Under the pieces are notes generated by a model. It had not been told where the DNA came from. It saw only the letters and a program-made list of their open reading frames with translations, and did no database searches. 64,000 nt of DNA. Source: a virus. Its lineage: Duplodnaviria; Caudoviricetes. This document shows positions 17,230 through 26,959 of this stretch, in pieces. The DNA lies in the IMG/VR virus record IMGVR_UViG_3300037361_000044, positions 1 through 64,000 of that record; one strand, given 5' to 3'. The translations under genes were made by a program, and so were the position numbers. How positions within the stretch are numbered: the stretch's first letter is position 1; each line of letters starts with the position of its first letter.

Positions 17230-20200
17230 ATGGCAGCACATGCGCTACGACTACACCTCCGCCTGTTCCTTGAGGGCATTGAGGTGCCTATCGTTGGCAT
17301 CCAGCTGCAGGGGCTGCCTAACGCCCCATTGATGGCGGCCATCCAGATCCCGCCTATTCCAGAGGGCACCAGGCTGCTGCCCCGCACGCTGATCCACGTG
17401 TTCTTTCGAGACCCCTACGAGGTGGTCAGCCCGCTACTGACCTCCACCCGCTCTTCCACGGATTCGAATAGTCCCACAGACCATCAGAACAACCTAGCGC
17501 GTAGGCAGGAGCAGGCAGCCGCAACCACAGGCGACAACGCCACTACCGTGGAGGATGAGGCTACTCGCTACAAGCTGTTCTTCACGGGTGAGCTTATGGG
17601 CTTCGAGTGGACGAAGGACCAGGCACAGCGGTCACTCATCTTGCAGTGCGCAGACTTGTCAAACTACTGGGACTACGCGTACCAGTGGACCAACACCGAC
17701 ATCTTCGGGCCTGGGCTCAAAGCCATGTTCTCTGGTGGTTCTACGAACCTGCTTACGGACTTCTTGTCGAGCTCCGGGGAGGTCATCACCAACATCCTGC
17801 GGACTCCGTCCATCACATTCCCACAGCTGAAGGGGCTTGCCGGTGGCATCGTACATCTCCTCGAGGCCATCGGTGGTTCGTACTATTACGACAAGCAGAT
17901 CGCGGGGCAGAACATCTTCTTCACGATTGCCGAGCTGCGCCTGCATATCAATCAGATGATCATGGCCATTGAGAACGACCCCACGACGGAGCGCTTGCTA
18001 GCGCTGCAGGGGTACAGCGGCATGATGACCCGTCTGCTGGGCGGCATGGGAGGGCAGACCTCCATTCGGCAAAGCATAACGGCGCTTCAGGGTATTATCT
18101 TCCACGAGACGTACGCACAGCCTTGCCCCAAGTACATACCTGGCTCCTCGAGTTCAGCAGCGTCCACCAGCAGGGTGCGCCTGGCAGATGACAAAGCCAC
18201 AGCGTTTGTAGTCACCGCTGCCACCAAGTGCCTCGAGGACATAGAGGGAGTAAAGTTACAGCTGCACGTGGCTGACACCAGGCCAGACGTCAGTGTGTTC
18301 ACCACCTCGAAGTCGGTGCAGGGGTCACTCCGGCAGCAGATCACACTCCGTCTACGTAAGATGGCGCAGTACTTGAAGAGCGTCACCATGCAGTTGAAGA
18401 GCGTCCGTCCCACTGCGCCAAAGGCTGAGTCCCTGCTGGTTACGGCTGCTCAGCAATTGGGTATCGCAGCTACGGCCACGCAGAAATGGACGCCAAATAA
18501 CGCCACATCTATCGCCGCAGTGGAGTCGCCCCTGAAGCTAGCTAGCTACGCTTTGAAGTCGCTATCGAACATGACCAGGGAGGCAAGCGCCAAGGGCAAG
18601 CCTACTCCGCCTCGTTTGGCGCAGCAGATCTTGCGACCAGACGTGTGGTTCAGCGCCCCGCCTCGTTGCAACGTGCTGTTCCCTGAGCACTACAGCAGGC
18701 TGAGCTACAAGCGCAGCTTCATGGAGGAGCCTACTCGCTTGATGCTGAAGACAAATGATGAGTTCTTCGGTGAGGACGAGCTGTTCGACCGCTTCTACTT
18801 CGCGCCCAAGACTAAGAGTGTGAAGAAGTCTAAGGCCGACCTGAATGCAATGCTGCGCAACGACCTGCTGGAGCATGAGCTGTACACCGGCATTCTCCCA
18901 GTCTTCGAGAAGATGGGGGAGCTCAACATCTTTGCTGCCCGCGGTGGCGTAGTGAAGGACCGAGTGCCCCAGGTAGGCTTGGCGCAGCGCTCTGCCAACT
19001 TCTTGTACTTCAAGTACCGTTTCGCAGCCCGGCAGATGACTGTCTCTGGCAGATTCAATCCCTATATCGCGCTGGGTTTCCCTGGTCTGGTCATTGACAA
19101 GTACGTGGACACCAGCTCGCTAGCGTTGCACAACGAACTGCTGCAGAAGGCGGGGCAGCCCACGCGTGACATCAACAAGCTGCTGGGCACCTCATTCCTG
19201 GGCAACTTCACGCAGGTGACGTTCAATGTGAATCAGGCATCTGGTTCCATGGATATCGTGATGAGCTACCCACGCCAGCCAGAGGAGAGTGTAGAGTTCC
19301 TGGGCGCTACGGACCAGGATTCCAGCACAGTCAGCAAGCGGTTCAACAAGGACGCCGTTCGAACTACGGACGTGGCCAGCATAGATCAGCCCTCTATCGA
19401 GTCTCTTGGCCCGAACCTTGGGCGCATCACGCAGGTAGAAGACGTGTCTGTCCTGTACCGCGGGAGCACACAAACAGGGGATCCACAGGACAGTATGAGC
19501 AGTAAGCCTCTGTTGCTGTTCAGCAAGCAGTCCGCTACGCGCCCGCGCACACCAGCAAGCCGCAAGAGTGCGCGGGTACCCGTGGGTGTGGAGGTGGATG
19601 CCCGCTTCCTGGACAAGACCACACTGCAGGAGCTTGGCCTGCTGGGTACCGAAGGCAACACGGTGAACCAGGACAAGTTCTACGCACAGGCGCGTCCTGT
19701 CACCATCCGTGCCTACCGGCTGCAGGAGGAGATACCCAGGTACTACCAGCAGCAAGTGGACCTACCCGCCGAGGAGTACATCAGGCCTGGCTGGTACGGG
19801 GACATCTGGCATCCAGCCAAGATCGGAGAGGCCTACGACACGTTCTTCTCCACCGGCGCCATCACCGACCCGCACACGATAAACGACCCCAGCGGTGGGC
19901 AGGGGCGGGCCACCAATAACGCATCGAGCGACGCGGCAGCCATGGCGGCGGAGACCAATGACCCCAATGACCCCCGCAAGTCCGCGTTGCTGGCATACCA
20001 ACTTGAGTATGGGGCAACCATTGAGCAAGCGGCTGCTTACCTTCAAGCCACGTACAGCCACATCAAGCAGAGCGACCTGGATGTGGAGGAGTTCATTCGG
20101 GCGTACACCTACCGACCCATCGCGACGATGGCTGACCTGTTTGGCACCAGGGACCTGACGTTGGACACGGACGGTGCTGTGCTGGCCGGCGTCGAGGGGT

Positions 20201-20385
20201 TCCACTCCAGGGCCTTTGGCCCCTTCAGTGACCTGTTCGGCTTGACAACGCCTGAAATAGAGAATGTAGTTGGCATACGCAGAGGAACTACCGCTGCGCA
20301 GAAAGGCGACACGCGCCGGGCGAAGCAAGACGCCGTCAAGGACTACTTGGCAGGCTTGGGACTTGGCCGTGCAATTTTAGGTTGA
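17230..20385 (+). CDS. Putative baseplate hub protein
   Basis: 1051 aa; LFLEGIEVP N-terminus, LFFTGELMGFEW, and R..TVSGRFNPYIALGFP features of hub-like proteins; synteny. Confidence 0.5.
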   Translation: MAAHALRLHLRLFLEGIEVPIVGIQLQGLPNAPLMAAIQIPPIPEGTRLLPRTLIHVFFRDPYEVVSPLLTSTRSSTDSNSPTDHQNNLARRQEQAAATTGDNATTVEDEATRYKLFFTGELMGFEWTKDQAQRSLILQCADLSNYWDYAYQWTNTDIFGPGLKAMFSGGSTNLLTDFLSSSGEVITNILRTPSITFPQLKGLAGGIVHLLEAIGGSYYYDKQIAGQNIFFTIAELRLHINQMIMAIENDPTTERLLALQGYSGMMTRLLGGMGGQTSIRQSITALQGIIFHETYAQPCPKYIPGSSSSAASTSRVRLADDKATAFVVTAATKCLEDIEGVKLQLHVADTRPDVSVFTTSKSVQGSLRQQITLRLRKMAQYLKSVTMQLKSVRPTAPKAESLLVTAAQQLGIAATATQKWTPNNATSIAAVESPLKLASYALKSLSNMTREASAKGKPTPPRLAQQILRPDVWFSAPPRCNVLFPEHYSRLSYKRSFMEEPTRLMLKTNDEFFGEDELFDRFYFAPKTKSVKKSKADLNAMLRNDLLEHELYTGILPVFEKMGELNIFAARGGVVKDRVPQVGLAQRSANFLYFKYRFAARQMTVSGRFNPYIALGFPGLVIDKYVDTSSLALHNELLQKAGQPTRDINKLLGTSFLGNFTQVTFNVNQASGSMDIVMSYPRQPEESVEFLGATDQDSSTVSKRFNKDAVRTTDVASIDQPSIESLGPNLGRITQVEDVSVLYRGSTQTGDPQDSMSSKPLLLFSKQSATRPRTPASRKSARVPVGVEVDARFLDKTTLQELGLLGTEGNTVNQDKFYAQARPVTIRAYRLQEEIPRYYQQQVDLPAEEYIRPGWYGDIWHPAKIGEAYDTFFSTGAITDPHTINDPSGGQGRATNNASSDAAAMAAETNDPNDPRKSALLAYQLEYGATIEQAAAYLQATYSHIKQSDLDVEEFIRAYTYRPIATMADLFGTRDLTLDTDGAVLAGVEGFHSRAFGPFSDLFGLTTPEIENVVGIRRGTTAAQKGDTRRAKQDAVKDYLAGLGLGRAILG

Positions 20386-21017
20386 TGCCAGTACTAGAAA
20401 GCTTGGTTGGACGGGTGTTTGGTAGGCTAACGGTGCTGGCTAGGGGCACCAAGCGGCCCGGCGTATTTTGGCTATGTGCATGCTCTTGCGGCAGTCAGTT
20501 TGTGGCCAGCGCTGGCGCTTTGAAGTGCGGAGACACGCGGTCCTGCGGTTGCTTGCTGCGCGAAAATGGAGTGGCGCAAGGTCTTGCTAATCGTCGGCAT
20601 GGAGAGAGCGGAAAAACCGTGGAGTACAAGGTTTGGAAGAACATGAAAGACCGCTGCTACAACCCATGTAACAGGCAGTACAAGGACTACGGTGGGCGCG
20701 GTATCGAGGTCTGTTCTCGTTGGCTTACCTTCGAAGCCTTCCTAGAAGACATGGAAAGAAGGCCGCCTGGTGGGTATACCTTGGACAGGATCGACAACAA
20801 CAAGGGATACGCCCCTGCTAACTGTCGCTGGGCTACCAGACTCACGCAGAACGTAAACCGTAGGACCACCGTCTGGATAGAACATGCTGGGATCACTAGA
20901 CATCTGGCTGGGTGGGCCCGTGTGCTTGGAATTGACCCGGAAACCTTGCGCTATCGACTAGCGCATTGGCCCAAAGACCGCGCCCTATCCTTGGCTAGTT
21001 CCACTTCGGCCCCATAG
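20385..21017 (+). CDS. HNH homing-endonuclease-like protein
   Basis: HGES..EYKVW..MKDRCYNP...YGGRGIEVCSRW..LDRIDNNKGYAPANCRWAT plus a C-terminal HTH. Confidence 0.88.
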   Translation: MPVLESLVGRVFGRLTVLARGTKRPGVFWLCACSCGSQFVASAGALKCGDTRSCGCLLRENGVAQGLANRRHGESGKTVEYKVWKNMKDRCYNPCNRQYKDYGGRGIEVCSRWLTFEAFLEDMERRPPGGYTLDRIDNNKGYAPANCRWATRLTQNVNRRTTVWIEHAGITRHLAGWARVLGIDPETLRYRLAHWPKDRALSLASSTSAP

Positions 21018-21019
21018 AA

Positions 21020-21028
21020 TGGTACAAC
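21020..21028 (+). promoter_or_regulatory. Extended -10-type promoter TGGTACAAC, leaderless start
   Basis: 7 nt before ATG 21036; no RBS. Confidence 0.45.
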
Positions 21029-21035
21029 TGATCCC

Positions 21036-21269
21036 ATGCTGACGGAGCAAATCTACACCAGTTTCACGGACGAGATGCGCAAGCTGGCGGCCGGCAAGGA
21101 CATCGGGCAGCTGTTGTCGGGCTTGGCCACACGCACAGGCGCGCGCCCTTCGATGATCCCAAGCATCCAGCAAGCGAAGAACGTGGCCTTGAAGGACCGC
21201 GGGCGTGCCGCTGAGATTGCGCAGAATGTTCGTAGCGCCTTGAAGACCAAGCAGCTAGTGGCGGCCTAA
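21036..21269 (+). CDS. Putative internal virion protein (F-x-D-E-x-x-K-x-A leader)
   Basis: SFTDEMRKLAAG. Confidence 0.6.
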   Translation: MLTEQIYTSFTDEMRKLAAGKDIGQLLSGLATRTGARPSMIPSIQQAKNVALKDRGRAAEIAQNVRSALKTKQLVAA

Positions 21270-21271
21270 CC

Positions 21272-23089
21272 ATGACTGATGTCGATGAAGTTCCGTCCTC
21301 CTTGCTGTTCGCCGAGCTGCGGAAGGTGGCGGCATCGCGCGCACGCATGACTGTTCCGCAGTCCAGGTCCGGTCGGAGGTCGATGAGCGTCGACACCATG
21401 CTCAAAAAGGACCGCGCCGGGTCCTTATGGAAGGACCACCTTCCTGGTGGCTTGGCGGATAGGAAAACACCCGCGGACTTTCCTTCTGACAAGCTGCGTG
21501 AAGGCGTGAGTGTGGAGCGTGAACACGCCAGCGACCCCGCAATCCAAGCTGAGATCGCCATGGATCACATCACAGAGGACCCGAACTACTACCCCAAGCT
21601 CAAGCGCATGGAGGCCGGGGAGAAGCAAGCAGGTTTGATGGACGTCCTGAAGACGCCCATTCCTGGCACCAAGGACTGGTTCGTCAACACGGGCAAGGCT
21701 GGGTTGCAAGGAGCCAAGGCCATCACTGGCAAAGCTCCCATCGTACCGGCTATGCGCGCGGCTAACTCCGTCGTCCCTAGGGCTTCCGGTGCGATGCGTA
21801 CAGCGGGGCATGCCGCGCTGCGTGGCGGCAACAGCATCTCTGAGGCTGAGATGCAGCGGTTAGGCTTTGGCGATTTGCTGAAGTCAGGCGCCGCCAGGCC
21901 TGAGGCCACCCTCAAGGACTTTCAGGAGAAGCTCAAGCCGGGTGACATCCTGCTCACCCGTGCCGTGCACCAGTCATTGATGTCCAAGATCATCTCGGGC
22001 GTGCAACACAGTGACTTCGGACATTCCGCCCTCTACATCGGCAATGGCCGCGTCATCGATACACGCAATCGTGGCGAGGGCGTAATACAGACGAGCTTGA
22101 GCGAGGTCTACAAGAAGTGGGGTGGTGGTGGTAGAGACATCCGTGCGTATGCCCCCAGCGCCACGGCTGAGCAGAGAGACCAAGCGATAGCCCGCGCCAA
22201 GGAGCTTTTGGGCACACCCTACAATACCTTGGGTGCCGTGCGCTTGCTGCTACCTGCCGCCAAGAACAAAGGCATAGAACCGGGGAAACCCAAGAAGGTC
22301 ATTTGCTCCGAGCTGATTGCCAGGGCGTACCCGGACTTACCCTTTGCCGCTGGCAAGAACCGCGCCCATGTGCTGCCCGTGGACATTGCCAAGTCGCCAC
22401 TCACCGCAAGGGTGGCCGAAGTGAATCACGGGCCAGCCAAGGTTGCCTTCAAGCTGCAGGGGCAGACCTCGGTACAGGGGATTCCTATTGCAATTGAGAA
22501 TAGGAAGGTCTCCGTACGGAAAGGGACTGACCCCGACGGTACTCCGTGGCGCACCGTGTACAAGATCCCTTACGGGTACATCAAAGGTACCGAAGGAAAT
22601 GATGGTGAGGAGATCGACGCGTACGTGGGGCCGCACAAGGACGCTACCGAGGTCTACGTCATCCATCAGCACAAGATCGATGGCAAAGGCTACGACGAAG
22701 ACAAGGTGATGTTTGGATTCCTCTCTGAGGCGGATGCACGCAAGGCGTACCTCGATCACTACAACAAGGTCGGGCCCAAGCTGCTGGGACCCATCTCTAC
22801 CATCAAGATGGATGACCTAAAGAAGCGTCTTGAACAGCGGCGCAGGCACACCAAGCTCTCCTACGTCACCGGCGGCTCTGGTTCAGGAATCACCGGTAAC
22901 CGTATGGCCATGTTAGACATGGACGAGAAGCCGGAGCGCACGAAGCCAGGCGATGTACCCTCCATGGACGGCACCAACCCTGGTACGGCTGGTATTGTTA
23001 GGCGTGAAGCCGGGCCTGAGATGGCCACGGTGCTACCAACCAACGGCGCCCTGGCCAACAGCCAGACCGGTGCAACGACGAGGCTCTGA
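21272..23089 (+). CDS. Multidomain (polyvalent) protein: DUF5661-like + permuted papain-like NlpC/P60 (YiiX-like) + inorganic-pyrophosphatase-like domain
   Basis: GVSVEREH..EIAMDHITEDPNYYPKL; PGDILL..GHSALYIG..GTPYN..CSELIA; IAIEN..YGYIKGTEGNDGEEIDAYVGP..DEDKVMFGF. Confidence 0.8.
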   Translation: MTDVDEVPSSLLFAELRKVAASRARMTVPQSRSGRRSMSVDTMLKKDRAGSLWKDHLPGGLADRKTPADFPSDKLREGVSVEREHASDPAIQAEIAMDHITEDPNYYPKLKRMEAGEKQAGLMDVLKTPIPGTKDWFVNTGKAGLQGAKAITGKAPIVPAMRAANSVVPRASGAMRTAGHAALRGGNSISEAEMQRLGFGDLLKSGAARPEATLKDFQEKLKPGDILLTRAVHQSLMSKIISGVQHSDFGHSALYIGNGRVIDTRNRGEGVIQTSLSEVYKKWGGGGRDIRAYAPSATAEQRDQAIARAKELLGTPYNTLGAVRLLLPAAKNKGIEPGKPKKVICSELIARAYPDLPFAAGKNRAHVLPVDIAKSPLTARVAEVNHGPAKVAFKLQGQTSVQGIPIAIENRKVSVRKGTDPDGTPWRTVYKIPYGYIKGTEGNDGEEIDAYVGPHKDATEVYVIHQHKIDGKGYDEDKVMFGFLSEADARKAYLDHYNKVGPKLLGPISTIKMDDLKKRLEQRRRHTKLSYVTGGSGSGITGNRMAMLDMDEKPERTKPGDVPSMDGTNPGTAGIVRREAGPEMATVLPTNGALANSQTGATTRL

Positions 23090-23874
23090 TGAACTACGAA
23101 GAGATCAAACAAGCCGCATTCTTAGACGAGCTTCAGAAGATTGCCGAAGCGAATGGTGGTGTGCTGCCTGGTTTGGAGAAGGTGGCCATGAGCTTTGCTC
23201 CCATCACCAACGCAGCCAAGGCCGTCAACCCATTCAAGGGAGGACCTGGTATGTTCCAGCGGTTTGGACAGGACCTGATGCAGGGCGGCAAGATGCTCGG
23301 GCAGAACTCTACGAAGAGTCTAGTTGCGGGTAGCCATGTACCTGCGGGGCCTGCTGGACGCGTGATGGGTGAGATGGCGCACAGCGTAGGGCATCACTAT
23401 GCGCACAAGGGTACGCTCGCAAACATGATCAATCCCTTGGGCGGCGCCTTTGGCGGTCTTGCCGAGGGGGCTACGCGTGCTGCCGGCAAAGAGCTGGTGC
23501 GAGGCGGCGCAGCGATGGGCGCCAGCGGTGTGAGCGGAACTGGCATGGCGTCTCGTGCCATGGGCAGCGTAGGGCGTGGCATGCAGACGATGGCCAAACC
23601 CGTGGGTATGGCCGGTGAGGTTGCCGGCTTGGCTGGACTGGGTACAGCTGTGCACGCACCGCTGTCTTTGGCTGGTGCTGTGGGCGGTAAGATTCTCGGT
23701 GGAGCCGCCCACGCCGCGCCTGCTATTGGCGACATGCTGCATAGCTCTGGTGATGTGCTTGCCCATGGCGCGCATGACGTTGTGGGGAACGCCGCACATT
23801 CCTTGGCGGGCAAAGCGCGCTCAGCCATGGGGCGCATGACGGGATTCGGTAGACCAACAGTGGGAGTGGCCTAA
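23089..23874 (+). CDS. Gly/Ala-rich putative internal virion/ejection protein
   Basis: IKQAAFLDELQKIA...LEKVA leader then glycine-zipper-like repeats. Confidence 0.6.
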   Translation: MNYEEIKQAAFLDELQKIAEANGGVLPGLEKVAMSFAPITNAAKAVNPFKGGPGMFQRFGQDLMQGGKMLGQNSTKSLVAGSHVPAGPAGRVMGEMAHSVGHHYAHKGTLANMINPLGGAFGGLAEGATRAAGKELVRGGAAMGASGVSGTGMASRAMGSVGRGMQTMAKPVGMAGEVAGLAGLGTAVHAPLSLAGAVGGKILGGAAHAAPAIGDMLHSSGDVLAHGAHDVVGNAAHSLAGKARSAMGRMTGFGRPTVGVA

Positions 23875-24401
23875 TGGAACTATTGACGCAGGCCGAGCAG
23901 GTGGGTATGGGGATGGCTTTGAGCCAGTCTCTTGCCAAGATTGCACAGCATTTGGGGCTGCCTGAGAAGGTGGCTGCCACGGTGTCGCAGGAGCGGGCGC
24001 AGCGCGCCATGGACCGTTTGAATGGCATGGAGGACACCAAGCCTACGCTCGGTCAAGTTGGTCGGTATGCGGGCATTGGCGGATTAGGTGGTTCCGCCAT
24101 CAAAGCTCTGGGCAACGTGATCGAGGGCTATAAGAAGCCCACTACTCCGGGGCTAAAGGGGCAGCTGCTGGCCGTGGGCAAGGCCGCGGTGAAGGGGGAC
24201 ACAAACAAGGCTGTTGCTTCCAGGATTCGTTCGGTAGCATCAACTGGCGTCACGGGTGCCCTAGGCGCTGGCGTTCTTCCGTTGGCCAGAACCGGGACCG
24301 ACCGTAGTGCCGAGCGTAGGGTACTACGTAAGTACATCAACCAGTACGAGCCCAATGGCCTTCAAATGCCAGCGGCAGCAAGCCCGAGGACCAGTGCCTA
24401 A
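23874..24401 (+). CDS. Putative internal virion protein
   Basis: LAKIA...PEKVAA leader; Gly-rich hydrophobic segments. Confidence 0.6.
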   Translation: MELLTQAEQVGMGMALSQSLAKIAQHLGLPEKVAATVSQERAQRAMDRLNGMEDTKPTLGQVGRYAGIGGLGGSAIKALGNVIEGYKKPTTPGLKGQLLAVGKAAVKGDTNKAVASRIRSVASTGVTGALGAGVLPLARTGTDRSAERRVLRKYINQYEPNGLQMPAAASPRTSA

Positions 24402-25458
24402 GTGGGTACATGACCGCGCAGAACACCTGTTGGCAAAGAACCCGTCGATGCCAAAGTCGATGGCGTTTGCTATCGCCACGCAGCAGGGGGAGGCCACCGG
24501 GCACACACCTAAGGGCTTCGGTACAGCCGAGGGCAAGCGTACAGCCAAGGCTAAGTTCGGTACGCCAAAGGACGATGTGCAAACGGCCAATCCAGGCAAG
24601 CTGAGTAGTCCCAAGTTGGCCGGTGCGGGTTTTACCCATACGGTCAGCGTAAAGACGACGGCAAGTGGGGCTGGATCTTTACGCGATATCTTGAAGAATA
24701 TCAGCCAAAATGGGAATGGTGGCCACACCTTCGGCATAGTCACAACAGACAAGCCGGCTAGGCACATTGGTAGCTGGGACGGGGATGGGGCTGACGCCAT
24801 GGCAGAGGCCGCCATGCACACAACTAAGCAGGCCAGTGTCGGCGGTACCCTGCTGCAAGCCATTCTAACCACTGGCATCCTCGAGAAGCTCGGCTTCGCC
24901 AACTCCTCCTACGCCGGGCAGCCAGCACAGAATGGGCCTGGCATGAAGGGACGCAGCCAGATTCCGCCATTCGTGGCACCGCCTATTGAGGTGAAGGAGG
25001 CGGCCACTTCGCCCACGTTGGCGGAGGATCGAAAGCAGACGGCGCAAGGGGCCGCGTGGGCCGCGGGGGCTACTGCTGCCGCGCACATGGCGCAGGGTTT
25101 AGGATCCGCAGTTAGACATAGCGCTGTGCAGAAGAAAGAGGCCGGGGTAGGCGTGGGTGCAGGGATGTCCACGTCCCAGTACTCGGGCCCCCTCTCCTAT
25201 GGCCCGTTCAAGCAGACCAGTCAGATCCCCGGCTTCGTGTCGCCAGGGATGACCAAGGTGGACCCAAGCCTGGAACCTGGCGGCATCAAGGCCGCAGCTG
25301 CCGCCACTGGGGCAATGAGTCCGGCGGCAAAGCTCACCACGTCTCAGCGTGTGGGCGCCCCTAAGACCACCGGCTTCTCTGGGCCAAGCATTGCTGACAT
25401 CGCCAAGCCCAAGGGCTACGGTACCGTGCTGCCTGGCGCTGGGAAGAACGCCATCTAG
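24394..25458 (+). CDS. Putative internal virion polyprotein
   Basis: GTG start after GAGG (MPKWVHDRAEH); repeated KLAG, KQAS, KLGF, KEAA, KEAG and KAAA motifs. Confidence 0.6.
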   Translation: MPKWVHDRAEHLLAKNPSMPKSMAFAIATQQGEATGHTPKGFGTAEGKRTAKAKFGTPKDDVQTANPGKLSSPKLAGAGFTHTVSVKTTASGAGSLRDILKNISQNGNGGHTFGIVTTDKPARHIGSWDGDGADAMAEAAMHTTKQASVGGTLLQAILTTGILEKLGFANSSYAGQPAQNGPGMKGRSQIPPFVAPPIEVKEAATSPTLAEDRKQTAQGAAWAAGATAAAHMAQGLGSAVRHSAVQKKEAGVGVGAGMSTSQYSGPLSYGPFKQTSQIPGFVSPGMTKVDPSLEPGGIKAAAAATGAMSPAAKLTTSQRVGAPKTTGFSGPSIADIAKPKGYGTVLPGAGKNAI

Positions 25459-25463
25459 CCACT

Positions 25464-25490
25464 GCAAGGTCTTGGCAATAAGGGGATAAG
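25464..25490 (+). promoter_or_regulatory. Phage promoter GCAA-N15-GGGATAAG
   Basis: Motif copy; predicted +1 (25497) begins the hairpin GCAAGAGG/CCTCTTGC ahead of GGAGG. Confidence 0.8.
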
Positions 25491-25528
25491 AGAACTGCAA
25501 GAGGACGTTTACCCTCTTGCGGAGGATT

Positions 25529-26134
25529 ATGGAACCTTGCCAAGTTGTGACAGCCTACTTGGCTGGCATCCGCTCATTGGTGGACTTCGACTCGCCACTG
25601 AACGAGAGCTATCTGCCCACGCTCGAGGAGCTCGAGGAGCGTAACTCGGAACGGGTAGCAAGCAGGGCAGCTCAGCACCTGCGCGCGTTCGCTTGCGTGG
25701 ACATGCTTGTGTACAGAAGCTACGTGGGCATGCCCTCCGGCTTGGGCAGGGAGGGTTTGTTTTCCACAAGGCTGAAGTCCAGTGCAGGATTGACCAAGTC
25801 CATTGCGCAGTTGCGTGCCGACATAGACGAGCTGCTGGGTGTGCAGATGGAGTTCGATATCAGTACGAGGTTGGTTGGAGTCACCCCCTCCTCCACCGCC
25901 CTGCTGCTAGCCGCAGCCAGTCCGGTGGTAGCCGCCAACCAGAAGGATGCGCTCGAGGCCTGCCAGGTACTGCGTAGGTCTTTGAAGAACCCGCGCGCAC
26001 GGCTGGGGCGTATCGGAAAATGCGCGGCAGCTACCGTCGTGCGAAGCGGGTACTCGTTACTGAAGATTTTCGAGTGGGCAAATATACTGCTTGCCAAGAC
26101 CGAGGAAAGTACAACATGGCCGAAGATGGAGTAG
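25529..26134 (+). CDS. Hypothetical protein
   Basis: GGAGG RBS and promoter; start MEPCQVV. Confidence 0.65.
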   Translation: MEPCQVVTAYLAGIRSLVDFDSPLNESYLPTLEELEERNSERVASRAAQHLRAFACVDMLVYRSYVGMPSGLGREGLFSTRLKSSAGLTKSIAQLRADIDELLGVQMEFDISTRLVGVTPSSTALLLAAASPVVAANQKDALEACQVLRRSLKNPRARLGRIGKCAAATVVRSGYSLLKIFEWANILLAKTEESTTWPKME

Positions 26135-26541
26135 AGGAGCTACCTGGGCTCCAGTTCACGGTGAAGGACGCAACGCTTGGCGGCAGCGGCACAGGCGTTA
26201 GGCATGGCCATATTCTCCTGCGTTGCACAGTGCTGGACCCGAAGCTGTTTCACATGGCAGCGGCCAAGCTGGACGGCTATCGAATCTTCAGCTCAACTGC
26301 CGAGGAGGTCATGGATGCCCTGACGGCAGAGCTCAGCAGCGTGGAAGATCGTCTGCAGGCAGCCAAGCGCCAGGAGCGTAGGCTTTTGGCTCAGATCGCT
26401 GACAAAGATGAGCAAATAGCAAAGATGCAGGGCTTTTTTCTCTACCCTGGAGGCAGACCTGGGCAACAAGCCGTGACCAAGGTACACTCACCAACGAGGA
26501 CGCACCATGCTTTCAGACGACCATCCAATCCGTGTCACTGA
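26116..26541 (+). CDS. Coiled-coil hypothetical protein; likely true end 26476 after a T6 indel
   Basis: GAGGA RBS; the +1 frame after TTTTTT gives STLEADLGNKP*. Confidence 0.55.
   Translation: MAEDGVEELPGLQFTVKDATLGGSGTGVRHGHILLRCTVLDPKLFHMAAAKLDGYRIFSSTAEEVMDALTAELSSVEDRLQAAKRQERRLLAQIADKDEQIAKMQGFFLYPGGRPGQQAVTKVHSPTRTHHAFRRPSNPCH
26480..26488 (+). promoter_or_regulatory. -10-type promoter AGGTACACT upstream of the K-x-A protein and sigma factor
   Basis: Same class as other TAnnnT elements found before structural genes. Confidence 0.4.
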
Positions 26542-26959
26542 CCCCAACTACAAGACCGCGGCGCAGAGCGACCTAGCGACGTGGCTGGCCAAAGAGGCAG
26601 AGGGTGGGGTCAAGCCCGAGAACAACGAGAACACATCGACTGTGCGGTACGGGGACCTGTACGATACCCCACCTGCGGCAAAGATGCCGCCACCTGCGGA
26701 TCCGCCGCACGCGCCATTCCCGCAGAACACTGAGAACTACACACGGGCGCAGAAGGAACGACGAGATGTCGCAGGACGAGCCTACGCCACCACCCCTGCA
26801 GCTGAGCAAGCAGACCAAGCTTTGCTTGGTGCTAACTTTGATCATGCTCGCAGCGGTGACTTCACCGCCCACTCCCTCCTCCTCCAATCCAAAACCAAAG
26901 AAGCGTCGGCCACGTTGAACGAGCAGACGCATCGACTGGGTCTCGGACGACGTGGCTAA
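26507..26959 (+). CDS. Putative internal virion protein
   Basis: GAGG RBS; YKTAA, AKEAE and TKEAS motifs. Confidence 0.6.
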   Translation: MLSDDHPIRVTDPNYKTAAQSDLATWLAKEAEGGVKPENNENTSTVRYGDLYDTPPAAKMPPPADPPHAPFPQNTENYTRAQKERRDVAGRAYATTPAAEQADQALLGANFDHARSGDFTAHSLLLQSKTKEASATLNEQTHRLGLGRRG

